DNA of 64,000 nt from an uncultured Eubacteriales bacterium (GTDB lineage Bacteria; Bacillota; Clostridia; Christensenellales; CAG-917), in the NCBI GenBank assembly GCA_900322215.1, contig ONYW01000003.1, positions 9,199 through 73,198 of the forward strand, read 5' to 3'. The notes beneath the pieces are model-generated. The model worked only from the letters and a program-made list of their open reading frames with translations. It was not told the DNA's origin and searched no databases. The position numbers and the translations under genes were made by a program. Below are positions 18,301-28,099 of the stretch, in pieces. Every line of letters starts with the position of its first letter. Position 1 is the stretch's first letter.

Positions 18301-21300
18301 TGTTTTCTTTCGTGACTTCTTCGCCCTTCTTAAAGAGCCTTCCCGAGAATTCCTTCGGGACTTCGACTTCTTTTTCCGGTTCCGCTTGGACTTGTGCGAC
18401 AGGTCCTTGTTGCGCCTGGAATTCCTTTCCGTCCGTCAAACCGTATTCTTTTGCGAAACGGCGAGTTGCAAACTCTTCCGCCTCTTGGAGAAGTTGTGGG
18501 CTTTCTCTTTCCACGTACGCCTCATAGAGAGCGTCGCGATCCGCCTCGTCATAGTCGTTTAGGTCAATCTTGTTGCCTTCAAAAGCGTTGTTTGCCAAGG
18601 TGGCTATATACTCCTCTTTTGACATCAAACCGCTCTTTTTAAACGGCGTCGGAAGCGTGTCGAACTCGCCACGCATGATGACCTGATTTGAACGCGCTAC
18701 GCGGTAGGACTCCGGAATACGACCGGAAGCGACGTCATCCTCGAGTTGTTTGAGATAGTCGGATTTTTGATTTGTGATCTCTTTTTCCTTGGCGGATTTT
18801 GCTTGCTCCAAAACCTGAAGCTCGTCGTCCTTTGCAAAGTCGGCGTCTGCGCCAAGCGATTGCTTTCTTGCGGCGATTCTGTCTTCAAGTTTTTTAAGCT
18901 CTTCCGCCTGCTTCTTCATGAGGTCGTTGAAGTCTTTGTCAGGCTTTAAGTCAAGCTCGTCTTTTGCGGTCTTGTAGAAGTTTTCGACCTTTGCATTGAA
19001 TTCGTCAACTTCTTTTGCAAAACTCGTCTTGCCCTTTGCAGTGACTTGGATCTTCTTCTTTGTCTCGTCGGAGATTTCCGTGCTGTTCGCCACAACGTCT
19101 TTGATATATTTGTTTGCGTCTGTAAGCAGCTCTTGAAGCGCACGATAATCAGGGGTGCCACGCTCTGCGGATTTTGCAATCAAAACCTTTTTTGCCGCGG
19201 TTTGCGCGATAGCCACGAGTCTTTCTTGTGAAATAGCCTGCGTTGTTTCTTTGTCTTTTCCCACCCTAATTTCCGCATTAAGTTTGAGATACTCGGCGAT
19301 ATTCGCGTCTATTTGCGCCTTCATCTCCGAAACGGATCTGCCGTTGTCTTTTATGTAGGCGAACTCGTCGAACGGCTGTGGCTTTGTGAATGCCAAATCC
19401 TTTCCTACATAGTAGGAAATGCCGAGTATAGACGCGTCCTTTTGAGGCTCGTTCATAAAGAAGAGTCTTTCAAGGTGGGAGTCCGGATCTTTGAACGCAA
19501 CCTTGCGGTCGTTGATCTCCATTTGCGCGTTGTTCATAACGGTGGTATCAAAGAATTCTCCAAGACCTGCGTTGTGAGCGCGGACTTCCGGATCTATATC
19601 CATATAGCGGAATGCTTCAAACGTACGCGGAGCGCCATAACTTACTCGCGGTGAACTTTTGCTGTTTTTGCAAACTTCGAATAGCGCCTGTGCGCCCGTC
19701 TTGCCTGCAATTGCGTGATCGAGGTTTTGGCTCATCTTTTCTTGGAAGGTCTCGCGCATATATTTTGCGGGATGCTCCAGGAACTCTTCCGGCTCGATGC
19801 CGTTTGCCTTTGCAAAGTTCATTGCAATATACATCGAGCTTAGGTGAGTGACTGCCGCGTCTTCATATCTAAGGTATGGCGGGAACAATTCGTTTCTTAC
19901 GACTTCGATGTTGCCTGCCATAGCAAAGTTGTCCTCTGTGACGGGGAAATGCTCTTTGATATAACCGAGGAGTTCGTCCACGTGGGCGCGCTCTTCGTTC
20001 ATCTTTCCGGCGGCTTCGGCGATCTTCAATGCGTCACCGGATTCTATGGCTTTTTTGTATTCGCGAATCGTGTTGGCAAGAGGTTTGAGTCCGTATTCTT
20101 TTGACTCACCCTCTTCGCCGACGACGCCTGCGCTGTCATAGCCGAATTCGTGCATCTTGGCAAACACGTGCAAGATTGCAGTCTTCGTCTCGGGAGACAT
20201 CTTGAATTCCGCGTTGTTCCATTTTTCCATTTCCTCTTCTTTGCCTTCTTTGAGGACAACGAGGGTTTCGTTCGTTCGAGGATTTATGGTCGTTTCGACT
20301 ATGGTTGGATCGAGTCCTTCCTTTTTCATTTGCTCCGCACCGGCGTCACGCTCTTTGTGCAAAGACGCGTTTTGCATCTGCCTGCTGTTTTCCGTATAAC
20401 TCGAAAAACTCGGATCGTCAGGTTTCAAAAGGAATTCGTTGGCTTTTTGCAAGTCGTCCGCCATTTTGAGTTTGTCCTTCCACTTCAAATCCTCGTTTTT
20501 CTGTATGTCGTCCAAGGCTTTGAGCGTCTGCTTGGTATATTGTGGAGAACCCATATATTTTGGATCCCTATCCCTTGGCAAAACAAAATTGTCGCACTCT
20601 TTCGCCAAGGCTTTCATATCCTCTTCTTTCAAATACTTTGGCAACTCTGCGGCGATATATTTGATGTTTTTGGCAAAATCCTGAGTTCTGAAATTGCCGA
20701 GCATTGACTTCTCTATGCCCTTTAATCTTTCTTTCGAAATGTAAGGACTGGCCATTCGGAGCGCCTCATCAGGCTCGATAGGTGCTTTGCCCGTAAGTCT
20801 TGTCTTAATAGCGCCTATTCGATCCATCTCTTGTTTGAGTGCGTCCTTTTCCGCGCCATCGGGCATGGCGTTATATTCCTTGTCCTTTTGGTTGTAAATC
20901 TCGTTCATTGCCGTATCAAGCCTACGAGAAAACACCTTGTATGCTTCGTTTTTTACGTTTTGAGGCAACTCTTTAAAGATTGCGTCCTTTTGTTCGGGCG
21001 TGAGCTTTTTAAGGAGCGAATCTACAAACTCCTTTCCTCTCACCCCGTCTCCTATACGGACGAAATCTGCCCTAACGTTTTCCATCTCGGTCTTGTTCGG
21101 GTCATTGTATTTATCGCGATACGAGTATGATATAAAGCGTTCCGTGAGCGCCACGAAGTTGTCTTTCGTGACAGTTTCACCCTTGCGCACGAATTTGATG
21201 CGCTCATCGTGCGGCAACGCGTTTTCCTTGTCTATTGCAGCCTGTCTCTCCGCCTCTTCGCGCGCTATACGCTCCTGCTCTTCGCGGTGCGCCTCTTCGT

Positions 21301-23950
21301 TTGCGGCGGTGTAGATCTTTTCCATCTCCGTCTGCGTGAAGAATTGACCGCGCTCTACAAGCCCTTTTTCGAGCATATATCGCTTTGTGAGGAACTGACG
21401 TTTCTCTTCAAGCGCTCTTTCAACGAAGTTGTCGTAGAGGTATTTCTTCTCGCTGCTTGAAAGTTCGCTTGCCGTTTCTTTGTCGTAATATCTTTCGATA
21501 TAATCCTCGACGTCGCCGAGGTCGTCCGCCGCAAAGAAAGGCGGGAGTTGTGCGTTCACGTCACCGTTATCCAGTTGTTGCATACGCGCGTTATAGAACA
21601 TAGCGGGCACTTCGCCGTTTCTGAAACTCTGCGTAAGGTATGCCTTCTTCTCCTCAACGGATTGTTGTGCGGCTTCGCCCTGTGCATAAGCGCTTGTGTC
21701 GCCGGGCTCGTTCATTTGCGCTCTGTAATTTGCGACGTTCTGAGCAACCATATTCTTGTACGGGTTGTTGCAAGTGACGGTCGCCTTATACTCGGCGGCT
21801 TTTTCTTCAAATGAGTATCTTTCGATATATTCATGGTCGATCCATTTGTCAACGTAGGATTTGCCGTCGTTGACAAAATTAAACATATCTTTGAGCGCTC
21901 TTTCGTCGCCAGTCAGTTGACTGTTTGGCTTTGTGAGCGCATCGCCGAGACCGTGTACCATCAAATATTTTGCCGCCGCCTTTTGCGCTATCTCGACGAA
22001 CTCGCTGTTTGAAAGCGCCCTGTCACCTTCTCCCGTCTCCAGTTCGTTGGTCTCTATATAGGTGACGACGTTCTCTTGGATTCTTGACAAGAAATCTGAC
22101 GGCGATTCATAGTTGTTTGCCATATATTCGCACTCGTCAAAGCCCTGCGACTCGTGAATCGTAAACGTCTTGGAATCATAATTCGTTATATTCAACAATC
22201 GTCCGTCCTCAACAGGCTCTTTGACGATAAGGAACCGATCAAGGATAGATTTGTGGGCACGGAGTTCTTCGCCATGATGCTCATACATTTGTTGGTACGG
22301 TCCAACCACCGTCGTGTGGAAAGTGAATGTTGCCACCTGGTTGTGCAGTTTGAGGTCCGCGTCTTTTTCAAGACCGCAGAGCGTCTCGATGACGTTCATC
22401 TCATTGTCATCGCCATACCTACCTGCCCCGTACACTTTGTGTTGAAGGTCATAGATTGCCGATGCAGGAGATGTTTGATCCTTTAGAAGCTCGAACGAGT
22501 TGACTTTTTCGAATCCCTCCGTATAATGCTTTTCAACCGCTTTTAACGGAGACGCCAAAAACTCGTCGACGTCCAGGTCGTTTTCTTTGATATAGTTGTA
22601 AACGTTGTATAATCCGTTGATTATGGACACGCTTCTTACGTCTTGTCTCATATCCGCCGGCAAATTGTTGTTTGACATACCGCCGACGTTGCTTTGATAG
22701 ATGTCCGACTCGTCCATAGAGAAGTTGTTGTGCACCACGTCCAAGATGTCTCTCATCTGCGTGTTATGCTTGTTCCATTCCTGCGCTAGACGGACGCTCT
22801 CTTTTTCGTCGTGTGCGTCGAGGGCTTGTTTGTATGCTTCAAACGTGTTGTTGAGCGCGGAGAAAGCATAGTTTTTTGTGTCCAAATCTTCTGCGGATCC
22901 CGTTGGCGCATAGCCGTACTCCTCAAACTTTGCAAACACCTCTTTTATGGCGTTCTTCGTCTGGTCGGAGTAGCGCATATCAAACTCGCGCATACGCTCA
23001 ACGTCCGCCTCTTTTCCCGGTTGTATCGTGCTGAAATAATTTTCTCTCTTGTCAGGAGTTTGCACCACCGCAGTCGGATCCATGCCCATGTCGACAATTG
23101 CCTGTTCTCTCGTCTCCTCAAGGTTGTGCCGAGCCGATGTCTCTAAGCTCTCTCTATAATATTGGAGTTCTTTGAGTTGCTTATCGGTTGTCACGATATT
23201 GGCGTTTATATCGTCCATTATCGCCTTGACTTGCTCCTTCTCTTCTTGGGACATGGAGGCGTCATTGTCGACTCTTTGTTTCATATCCTCTGTCGGAGCG
23301 GACAGGGTGTGCGTGCCAATGCTTGCGACTGTTCTGTCGCTGACAGGAATATATTTGTCTGCCGCTGTCACGATCTCGTCAATCGTCTCGTTCGGCAGGT
23401 TTTCCGCAACCAAATTGAAGAATAAATCACGTCTGTTATCGATATATGAAGTCGGAATCTCCAGCTCTGAAAAGCGAGGGTCCGAAAGGCTTTCCTCTGA
23501 CATGAACGAGGAGGCAATTCCTTTTGCCTTGTCAAGCGACTCCGCGTTTGCGATAACGTCGGCAAGCTGGTTTTTTGCGTTTTGAAGCTTTGCGTTCGGG
23601 TTCTGCTGCTTGAGTATTTCAAACGCTTTTTCGTCCGTAATCTCGGGATTGTTTCTGATTGCCGATGCGATGTTGTCTTTTGCGCGGCTGTAAACACGGT
23701 TTTTCTCATCATCCGAGAGACCGTTAAAAATCTCGCGTTTCTTTTCTTCAGGCAACGCGGCATAGAGTTTTTGAATCAATCTGTCGTAGACGGCGCTATC
23801 TTCATTCAAACTATATCCTTCTACTGCGATTTGGAAGTAAGATTTCCCTGCCTCGTCAACCGTTCTTTTTGCGACAGCGCGAAAATCATTGAGAATGGAA
23901 ACTATATTTTCCTTTGTAGCCTTTTGGTTTTCTTTAAGCAATTTGCCCAT
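15305..23950 (-). CDS. Giant (2881 aa) charged protein of three ~930-aa tandem repeats; candidate secreted substrate
   Basis: Uninterrupted ORF with RBS AGGAG; no signal peptide or TM segment visible; repeated motifs TKxAIxxVFxKxxEYGY and KGExVTKxN; acidic C-terminal tail. Function unknown. Confidence 0.85.
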   Translation of the reverse strand: MGKLLKENQKATKENIVSILNDFRAVAKRTVDEAGKSYFQIAVEGYSLNEDSAVYDRLIQKLYAALPEEKKREIFNGLSDDEKNRVYSRAKDNIASAIRNNPEITDEKAFEILKQQNPNAKLQNAKNQLADVIANAESLDKAKGIASSFMSEESLSDPRFSELEIPTSYIDNRRDLFFNLVAENLPNETIDEIVTAADKYIPVSDRTVASIGTHTLSAPTEDMKQRVDNDASMSQEEKEQVKAIMDDINANIVTTDKQLKELQYYRESLETSARHNLEETREQAIVDMGMDPTAVVQTPDKRENYFSTIQPGKEADVERMREFDMRYSDQTKNAIKEVFAKFEEYGYAPTGSAEDLDTKNYAFSALNNTFEAYKQALDAHDEKESVRLAQEWNKHNTQMRDILDVVHNNFSMDESDIYQSNVGGMSNNNLPADMRQDVRSVSIINGLYNVYNYIKENDLDVDEFLASPLKAVEKHYTEGFEKVNSFELLKDQTSPASAIYDLQHKVYGAGRYGDDNEMNVIETLCGLEKDADLKLHNQVATFTFHTTVVGPYQQMYEHHGEELRAHKSILDRFLIVKEPVEDGRLLNITNYDSKTFTIHESQGFDECEYMANNYESPSDFLSRIQENVVTYIETNELETGEGDRALSNSEFVEIAQKAAAKYLMVHGLGDALTKPNSQLTGDERALKDMFNFVNDGKSYVDKWIDHEYIERYSFEEKAAEYKATVTCNNPYKNMVAQNVANYRAQMNEPGDTSAYAQGEAAQQSVEEKKAYLTQSFRNGEVPAMFYNARMQQLDNGDVNAQLPPFFAADDLGDVEDYIERYYDKETASELSSSEKKYLYDNFVERALEEKRQFLTKRYMLEKGLVERGQFFTQTEMEKIYTAANEEAHREEQERIAREEAERQAAIDKENALPHDERIKFVRKGETVTKDNFVALTERFISYSYRDKYNDPNKTEMENVRADFVRIGDGVRGKEFVDSLLKKLTPEQKDAIFKELPQNVKNEAYKVFSRRLDTAMNEIYNQKDKEYNAMPDGAEKDALKQEMDRIGAIKTRLTGKAPIEPDEALRMASPYISKERLKGIEKSMLGNFRTQDFAKNIKYIAAELPKYLKEEDMKALAKECDNFVLPRDRDPKYMGSPQYTKQTLKALDDIQKNEDLKWKDKLKMADDLQKANEFLLKPDDPSFSSYTENSRQMQNASLHKERDAGAEQMKKEGLDPTIVETTINPRTNETLVVLKEGKEEEMEKWNNAEFKMSPETKTAILHVFAKMHEFGYDSAGVVGEEGESKEYGLKPLANTIREYKKAIESGDALKIAEAAGKMNEERAHVDELLGYIKEHFPVTEDNFAMAGNIEVVRNELFPPYLRYEDAAVTHLSSMYIAMNFAKANGIEPEEFLEHPAKYMRETFQEKMSQNLDHAIAGKTGAQALFEVCKNSKSSPRVSYGAPRTFEAFRYMDIDPEVRAHNAGLGEFFDTTVMNNAQMEINDRKVAFKDPDSHLERLFFMNEPQKDASILGISYYVGKDLAFTKPQPFDEFAYIKDNGRSVSEMKAQIDANIAEYLKLNAEIRVGKDKETTQAISQERLVAIAQTAAKKVLIAKSAERGTPDYRALQELLTDANKYIKDVVANSTEISDETKKKIQVTAKGKTSFAKEVDEFNAKVENFYKTAKDELDLKPDKDFNDLMKKQAEELKKLEDRIAARKQSLGADADFAKDDELQVLEQAKSAKEKEITNQKSDYLKQLEDDVASGRIPESYRVARSNQVIMRGEFDTLPTPFKKSGLMSKEEYIATLANNAFEGNKIDLNDYDEADRDALYEAYVERESPQLLQEAEEFATRRFAKEYGLTDGKEFQAQQGPVAQVQAEPEKEVEVPKEFSGRLFKKGEEVTKENIVAKILALEKAPKNEPQGKNWLEKREFIERAENNVRRLGVFFSEALKVMTPESQNALMDAVGRERLEEKVKHEYWRVLRQKTGAAKELSDRIHDNMKTMSLAEVKQAASPYLTAEEKANPQLEMLGNVQYNSSILNRDPKLWNIVIGGLKPEDVDRIAKIADNTVVVAEKGLEENLVGRYEKEVNSVKEITDNMKYLHGKELTDEDKLKIRDTLEEARSHMADLDPNYRDALEKKRGGRENGDYGMNYAHVQNAFGEMEKEGISASYEEETNLRLTAWTTKEAGYTNLNIAGKETQVKLPQLDESGQKDFDRLHDMDFEYRPETKQAILDVFKKMDEYGYDKVPFEGEEGYKIYGLRLYDNARIDFQKQIESDDPAEKLKAVESAERMNKEFAHTKELLGMIHKSFAVEGDTVMYPGNLDVSRNAIMPPEFREDIAGISTLNGLYMSYRMMKQMGVSPEEFVNAPKKALNNWMQKTIDNLNFNKALTGKSGADAIHEVGKEFSFLINRPNSAAASRAVEAMSKLEKDPDMSRKNSMAEYGYRMTTVMLTDGLNERTEVFNAAQNRLDRFLLVKDPQQNGDLLGLPLFDHDGTKRVGEAKYFDEAKYLANNDESIEGFMARMNEEMVKSFSTMKDSFGKTMLNSKVLIDAYATAASKFAISLDKSAQRGPAYEQLKQLATNGGAYIKNVLTEAKNRGEFEHDVNEFSLNVQPSNPYIIRGYADYIKNAAKNAQRAAKPVISEDERLNRTLKRLEDQIGKIERKGPHLATEAEKRTLNELLAQKNALVAERKEALLDAYAQGRVPKEYVERRTAQLENGPYDKNVPLFEADKPMTRREFDNKRAEKGIFATSDADYAKYLKDVANNKKAYFLKGYMEQEGLTQVEKKLNREEREQERQRQARLQEKEKSEKQVNNAGVQKEAKVENVEVNLDEEEVEVAPKEEKKDDYLLEQEVDAPENDKDLGERFTIDLDEDDIELNNQLLGLNDAVQREKNVDPLKR

Positions 23951-23983
23951 ATCTAAACTCCTGAAAAGTCATTTTCTTATTTC

Positions 23984-24006
23984 AAAAAAGCCTGATTGTA
24001 TCAGGC
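23984..24006 (-). terminator. Terminator overlapping the VirB4-like stop codon
   Basis: Minus strand GCCTGA-TACAA-TCAGGC-TTTTTT. Confidence 0.6.
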
Positions 24007-26658
24007 CTTCTTGTCTTGGAACAGCGACGCAACGCGCTGGGACGCGATGATGTCGATGCTCGTTCTGCTCTGCGGGCCCGTGATGATGAATGCACTACCG
24101 CGCGGATTGTTGATGATTTGATCTTGCTCCGCCTTGTTGATATTTCCCGCCTTGCTGTACAGCGTGCAAAGGTCGTCCATATCGTTCGGCGCAAGCGCGA
24201 AGATGAAGGAATACTGGCAAGCGTTGATGATTGCCGTGGACTTTCTTATGATATCCTGGCTTCCGACAAAGTCCTTTATGTTTTGCGTAATGATGATTTG
24301 CATACCGTTGTACTTTCTGATACGCTTTGCAAGTTGGTACATAAAGTCGAGCGCTATCGGGTATTTCGGATCGATGAAGACGTGCGCCTCGTCGATTGCC
24401 ACGACTATCTTTCTGTTCGTATTGTATTTGAGGTTGAAATCACGGTTTTTGATAATTTCATTATCAAGCCATTTGAGAACGAGGAGCATCTGCGCGTTTG
24501 CGATGACGCCGTTCTTGTTGGCGAGCAGGCTTTGGAAGTTGAAGACCGCAAAGTTTTCCTTGACGGAAAGCGTGCTCGGGCCGTTCCAAAGTTTTGCGTT
24601 TCTTCCGCCCGAGGCAAACTTTGAAATGAAGTTTTTGAGGACGCGGAGGTTTTCTACGTCGTATGCCACCGTGGCTTTTTCGAGTTCTTCCAAAATGTAG
24701 GCGTAGAGGTCGTCGAAAATCGGGTAATCTTCCGCCGTAAGCACGGAGAAGTCGGAGTCTTCGGTGATGCCCTTTCTTCTGTACAGTTCGACCGTCATGT
24801 TGTTGAGCATTTCAAGCGCGTGAGCGTCGATACCCGGCAAAATCTCGCGGTAGAATTGCTCTAAGAATTGCAGGTGTACGGAGAACGCGCTGCTCGCGCC
24901 TTCCGTATCCTCGTCCGCTTCAAGCGTCGTGATGACGTGGAAAGGATTGAGCCTTCCGTGGCTCGCCGTTCCTACGTCGATGAGTTTTCCGCCGAGGTTG
25001 GAAGCTATGATATCATACTCGTTTTCAGGGTCGAGAATGAATATCTTGCAGTTTTCGGTCGCGAGGTGCGTGAGAAGCGTCTTCGTGGAGTAAGATTTTC
25101 CCGAACCGGATTTGCCCATGATGACCATATTCGAGTTGACGCGCTCGTCGTTTCTTGCAAAGAAGTCGACGATGACCGGGAAACCTTTGCTTTGACCTAT
25201 CGTCACACCGCCCTTCTCCATAATGGACGAGAGAACGAACGGGAACACTGCCGCGATAGAATTTGAGTGAATAGAGCGTTGGAACTCCTCCATAACGTCG
25301 TTTTGCGACGGGTTCATAGAGATGAGCGCACGGCTTTGGTTGCAAAAGTCGTCCGAAAGTTCAAAGCCTTGTTCGGACAAAACGCGGAGCAAACGCTTCT
25401 TTAGATTCTTCTTTGAGTCCTTGGACCTGTTGTAGAGTTGAATGTGAATATTGACCTTGTAGAGGTTTTCGTTGTCGTTTTTGAGGAGCGCAAGCAGTTG
25501 GACGAGGGTGTTGATATGCGTCGTCCTGTCAATGATAGAACTTGCCCTGAAAGACTGGTCGCTTTGCGACAAGAGTTCTTGCAAGGAGCGGTCTATCATC
25601 TTGACTGCTTTTTCCTTTTCATACGGCTCGAGGTTCATGACGATCTTAGTGTCTTCCGTGTTGAAAAGTTGGAAGCCCCAAGCGTTACCTACCGCGAGCG
25701 GATAGTTGCGGATTGTGAAGCAGAAGGATTCCTCTCCGTCTATCTTCGTACTTCTGGACGAGAACGTGATTTCGTCGGGAAGGATCCAGTCCATATACTC
25801 GCGTTCGTCCATCACGTCGATGTCCTCTTCGTTGAATTTGTCGGTAAAATTGTATTTCAAGAACACGCAAAGTTCTTTGGTGTCCAAAATATGCGTTGTC
25901 ATACCCGCTTCCGCAAACGTCTCTACGGCGTTTGTCAGAATTTCGTCTATAACGCTCTTTTGCGCGTCATAAACTACGAGATAGAAGCCGGGCACCATGA
26001 TCTTGTCATCGCCCGAAGCATTGAGATTGTTGTAGACCGCGATACGGTCTTGTATGACGCGTTCGCGAACGAAAAGTTCCTGCTCGGTGAGTTCGCCTGC
26101 GTCAAAAGTCTTTTTGAGGTCGTCGCGCTTTTCTTCTTCCGCCGCGATAAAATCGTCGAAGCGGATCTTTCTGTCAATCTTGATGAGTGATGCACGGGTT
26201 TTGCCCGATATCTCGCGAATGACCTTGCCGAAGTAGTTGTTGATGATTTGGTCTTGTCTGAAACCTGTGAGGAGTCTGAATTCTCTCGAGCCGATTTCAA
26301 GCACACCGCCGTAATAGTCGCCGAATTCGATATAGCCGTCTTTGACGTTTTTAAACGCCACGAACGACTTTATGTTCGACGCGCTTTCCATATCCTGTTT
26401 TACGTATCTTTTCCCCGAAAACAGGTATCTCACGAAGGTACGGAAGAAGAGATAAAATCGTTGCCCGTCATACGGAACGTACAAACTCGCCACAACAAGC
26501 ACGACTATCGCCGCGATAAAGAATCTCGCGATGCCTATGTTGCTAAGGCATATAACGACGGCGAGGACTATGCCGAGAAGCGCAATCAAAATATCCGCAA
26601 CGGATATATTCTTGAAAAACTTAACTTTAACTTTTGCAGTTTTTGGAATAACTCTCAT
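24001..26658 (-). CDS. VirB4-like T4SS ATPase with N-terminal PrgI/VirB3-like membrane domain
   Basis: Two N-terminal TM helices; Walker A GKSGSGKS; DPENEY; Walker B VAIDEAH; RIRKYNG...ITQNIKDF. Confidence 0.88.
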   Translation of the reverse strand: MRVIPKTAKVKVKFFKNISVADILIALLGIVLAVVICLSNIGIARFFIAAIVVLVVASLYVPYDGQRFYLFFRTFVRYLFSGKRYVKQDMESASNIKSFVAFKNVKDGYIEFGDYYGGVLEIGSREFRLLTGFRQDQIINNYFGKVIREISGKTRASLIKIDRKIRFDDFIAAEEEKRDDLKKTFDAGELTEQELFVRERVIQDRIAVYNNLNASGDDKIMVPGFYLVVYDAQKSVIDEILTNAVETFAEAGMTTHILDTKELCVFLKYNFTDKFNEEDIDVMDEREYMDWILPDEITFSSRSTKIDGEESFCFTIRNYPLAVGNAWGFQLFNTEDTKIVMNLEPYEKEKAVKMIDRSLQELLSQSDQSFRASSIIDRTTHINTLVQLLALLKNDNENLYKVNIHIQLYNRSKDSKKNLKKRLLRVLSEQGFELSDDFCNQSRALISMNPSQNDVMEEFQRSIHSNSIAAVFPFVLSSIMEKGGVTIGQSKGFPVIVDFFARNDERVNSNMVIMGKSGSGKSYSTKTLLTHLATENCKIFILDPENEYDIIASNLGGKLIDVGTASHGRLNPFHVITTLEADEDTEGASSAFSVHLQFLEQFYREILPGIDAHALEMLNNMTVELYRRKGITEDSDFSVLTAEDYPIFDDLYAYILEELEKATVAYDVENLRVLKNFISKFASGGRNAKLWNGPSTLSVKENFAVFNFQSLLANKNGVIANAQMLLVLKWLDNEIIKNRDFNLKYNTNRKIVVAIDEAHVFIDPKYPIALDFMYQLAKRIRKYNGMQIIITQNIKDFVGSQDIIRKSTAIINACQYSFIFALAPNDMDDLCTLYSKAGNINKAEQDQIINNPRGSAFIITGPQSRTSIDIIASQRVASLFQDKKA

Positions 26659-26679
26659 ATCATTATTTCCTCAAAATAC

Positions 26680-28089
26680 TCACTCTTCGTCTTCCTCTTC
26701 TTCGGACGCTTCATCTATGCTGCTAAGGCCTCCAAAGGTTTGTGCCCCTCCGTTTGTGAGCGCTTCCACGATTTGGTTCGCCGTCATTTGATTTGTTTGA
26801 GACTTGCCGAAGTTGAAATTGTTCGTGTCGGCTTCGCGTCTCGAGCCCGAATCGCTATCCGAGTTGTTCGATCCCGACTTGTTGTCCGTAGGTCCGTCGG
26901 TACTGTTTTTGAGCTTGTCGGCTACGCCGTTCTTGTCGCCGTATTTCGGATCCTCGCTGAGTTTCTCGCCCTCGTTCGGATTGTTGGTCTCGCCCTCTTT
27001 CTTCTCTTTGTCGTCGCCCGACTCCTTGCCTTTGTCCTTGTCCTTTCCGCCGAACAACTTCTTTCCGCCTGCCATAAGACCTTTTCCTGCAAGTTTGAGA
27101 CCGCCCATTGCCGCAGCCGCGCCGAGGCGACCGAGGGACGCGTCCATAAGTTCTCTGGAGCCGGCGCCTGCGCTGAGCAAGTTGCCGATGAGTGCGGAAC
27201 TCCTTTGCATAGCATAACCGCCGCCGATGATAATAAGCAGTTTGAACAGCCCGTTCAAGAATCCGTTGTCAAAGAAGACGACGTCCGTCGGGGTTATCAG
27301 CGAGATGAGCAGACAATATATGTTCAAATACAGAATAATCCCGTAGCCCGACATAAATTTGAGCAAAACTTGTTCTCGCCATAGTTTGAATCTTCCGCCG
27401 TCGTCCAAGACGTTGGAGGCGATAGAAAACGGAGACACGAAGAACAACACGCCGATGCTTATTGCGCGATCCACGAATTGCACAAGTGCGATTGCGAGCG
27501 TGAACAACAGCACGAGTCCCGTGATCCAAGAAAAAATAAAGTCAAAATCTTTAAGATTGATTGCTTCCCACACAAAGTCGGTGTCCATATAACTGTGCGC
27601 ACCGCTGACAATTGCGTCGTAAGCCGTTTGATTGGCGATTTCCGCGTCCTGCGAAAATGCTCCGAACAAGAACGAACCGATACTCCCCGCACCGTTACGC
27701 GTTGCCTCATAGAGCACTCCCATGAGCGTGTTGAGCGCCCAAACAAGCGTCAACATAATGGAAGGCACGAAGAAAAACAGTAGCAGCGTCTTAAACGCTT
27801 TCACCGCCACTTGTCCCGGAGAAACGTCGGGCTTTTCTTTGATAATCACCATAATAATCCGCGCGATTGTAAAGAATATCAACACAATAAAACCGACGAC
27901 CGCGGCAATTCTAAAACCGTTGGAGAGCGTATCGCTCCTCAACATGTAAGAAATGAGGTCGGTGTCAGTCCCGTCGATATTGACAGGCTCTATTCCGCAC
28001 AATTTGTTCGTGCAGGAGATGAGTCCGTCGATAAGTCGCAGTAGAGATTTTGTGATTCCGTATAGAAACTCCCAAAACCAATCAAACAT
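26680..28089 (-). CDS. VirB6/TrbL-like polytopic membrane protein
   Basis: Five to six hydrophobic segments, DRAISIGVLFFVSP...W motif, Gly-rich then charged low-complexity tail, located directly upstream of the VirB4-like gene. Confidence 0.7.
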   Translation of the reverse strand: MFDWFWEFLYGITKSLLRLIDGLISCTNKLCGIEPVNIDGTDTDLISYMLRSDTLSNGFRIAAVVGFIVLIFFTIARIIMVIIKEKPDVSPGQVAVKAFKTLLLFFFVPSIMLTLVWALNTLMGVLYEATRNGAGSIGSFLFGAFSQDAEIANQTAYDAIVSGAHSYMDTDFVWEAINLKDFDFIFSWITGLVLLFTLAIALVQFVDRAISIGVLFFVSPFSIASNVLDDGGRFKLWREQVLLKFMSGYGIILYLNIYCLLISLITPTDVVFFDNGFLNGLFKLLIIIGGGYAMQRSSALIGNLLSAGAGSRELMDASLGRLGAAAAMGGLKLAGKGLMAGGKKLFGGKDKDKGKESGDDKEKKEGETNNPNEGEKLSEDPKYGDKNGVADKLKNSTDGPTDNKSGSNNSDSDSGSRREADTNNFNFGKSQTNQMTANQIVEALTNGGAQTFGGLSSIDEASEEEEDEE

Positions 28090-28099
28090 TTTTTACTCC

